DNA from: a virus
DNA: 64,000 bases
Reading direction: 5' to 3' (one strand)
Virus record (IMG/VR): IMGVR_UViG_3300030099_006908
Coordinates: 1 to 64,000 of that record
Positions 63,196 to 64,000 of the stretch are shown here, one piece after another. Position 1 is the stretch's first letter, and each line of letters starts with the position of its first letter. The position numbers and the translations under genes are program-made. Under the pieces are notes generated by a model that worked only from the letters and a program-made list of their open reading frames with translations, had not been told where the DNA came from and made no database searches.

Positions 63196-63681
63196 ATGAG
63201 TAAAGTAAATTTAATTTATGGGACAGGCGATGTGTTGCATACACACATAAACATAAACCCCTTTGCCGAAAATCCCGACAATAAAAAAATAATAAGAGAT
63301 GATATAATAAATATAGATAAGCATGTTGACGATGCAGAGCTTTCTGAGTTGGTTGCATATGATGTTTTAGATTATATTCCTCTGACTAAAGCCGAAGACG
63401 CGATTCATAATTGGGTTAAGAAAATTAGAATGGGAGGAAAGATTGTTCTTGGTGGAACAGACCTTATTGAGGTGTGTAAATCTCTTGCGGACTATAGGAT
63501 AGACCTTGGAGAGGCAAACGTGTTAATACATGGGGAACAATCTAAACCATATTTAATAAAAAGAGTGGGTTTTACATGCTTAGGATTATGTGATTACCTT
63601 CAGAATAAATATGCTTTTAAGATAATAAAAAAGAGGGTAAACAATTATAAAATGGTTGTGGAGGCAGAGAGATGTCAGTAA
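63196..63681 (+). CDS. SAM-dependent methyltransferase-like protein
   Basis: NL..G.G, DVLDYI, W...IR.GG.I (degenerate class I MTase). Confidence 0.6.
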   Translation: MSKVNLIYGTGDVLHTHININPFAENPDNKKIIRDDIINIDKHVDDAELSELVAYDVLDYIPLTKAEDAIHNWVKKIRMGGKIVLGGTDLIEVCKSLADYRIDLGEANVLIHGEQSKPYLIKRVGFTCLGLCDYLQNKYAFKIIKKRVNNYKMVVEAERCQ

Positions 63682-64000
63682 AGAAAATATACAGTAAAGA
63701 AGAAGTAATGCGTGCTGTTGAGGACAACAAGGCGTTAGTAACTAGTTGTGACGGGTGCGTTTTTGCTTCAGAGAATGATATTACGAATGAAAATTTAGAT
63801 GATTATTGCTCCGCTGGAAGGTTGTCTAAATTCAACGAAGTCGGGGCGGAAATAATTAGCATTGAGAGTAGGCAAAAAAATAAAAACTTTAAGCTTATAA
63901 AAGATAATATATGCAATATGCTTAGGGGAAAACCATGGGACGATATAAAATTACAAAAAGGATATACACAGGAGGAGCTTGTAGGTGTCGCTAGAAAAGA
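63672..64000 (+). CDS. hypothetical protein, truncated by window end
   Basis: Open from ATG 63672 to the end; TSCDGCVF motif. Confidence 0.7.
   Translation, partial: MSVKKIYSKEEVMRAVEDNKALVTSCDGCVFASENDITNENLDDYCSAGRLSKFNEVGAEIISIESRQKNKNFKLIKDNICNMLRGKPWDDIKLQKGYTQEELVGVARK

Noticed and set aside
3564-63358. Numerous 60-190 aa minus-strand and alternative-frame ORFs in the track
   Set aside because: They overlap well-supported plus-strand genes and have no SD or recognisable motifs.
1-64000. Prophage or host chromosome, rRNA, integrase or transposase
   Set aside because: None was recognised. Gene content and single-strand organisation fit a large free phage genome.

Overview
A 64-kb segment of a large, tailed dsDNA bacteriophage genome. 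Nearly all genes are on the + strand, read in the standard genetic code, and no host housekeeping context is visible. The host is possibly a Planctomycete/PVC bacterium, an inference from the ssb N-terminus and the CAP, DUF5658-like, Cys-rich and papain-like secreted proteins. Layout: (1) about 0.6-3.3 kb, a mostly non-coding island with three tRNAs (Arg-UCU, Val-GAC, Ile-UAU), five structured non-coding elements, a dispersed repeat family, paired operator-like sites and divergent promoters. (2) Early-type genes, including an Ogg-like glycosylase, a kinase-like protein, a DenV-like glycosylase, a sulfotransferase and rIIA/rIIB. (3) guaC, mazG, an FkbM/GT32/sulfotransferase block and a deoxyribosyltransferase-like gene. 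(4) An envelope/lysis-like block with a duplicated small-protein + papain-peptidase module, holin-like genes and a trypsin-like protease. (5) ssb, glycosyltransferases, phoH, an atypical initiator-like tRNA-Met, two sigma factors and clpP. (6) An FG-GAP propeller and probable virion genes. (7) dCMP deaminase, class II RNR, recA, dnaB, primase, dNMP kinase, a Cas4/RecB-like nuclease, a saccharopine-dehydrogenase-like gene, and an intein-less split dnaE with UDG and a DEDDh exonuclease between the halves. (8) A GT4/methyltransferase cluster running off the window end. Two promoter classes are visible: TTGACA-N16-TATAAT and a phage-specific GGTGTATA motif. The best candidates for undescribed biology are the ncRNA/repeat island, the modular split polymerase, the phage glycan/sulfation machinery and the atypical tRNAs. 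All protein calls come from motif recognition by eye; no database searches were run.
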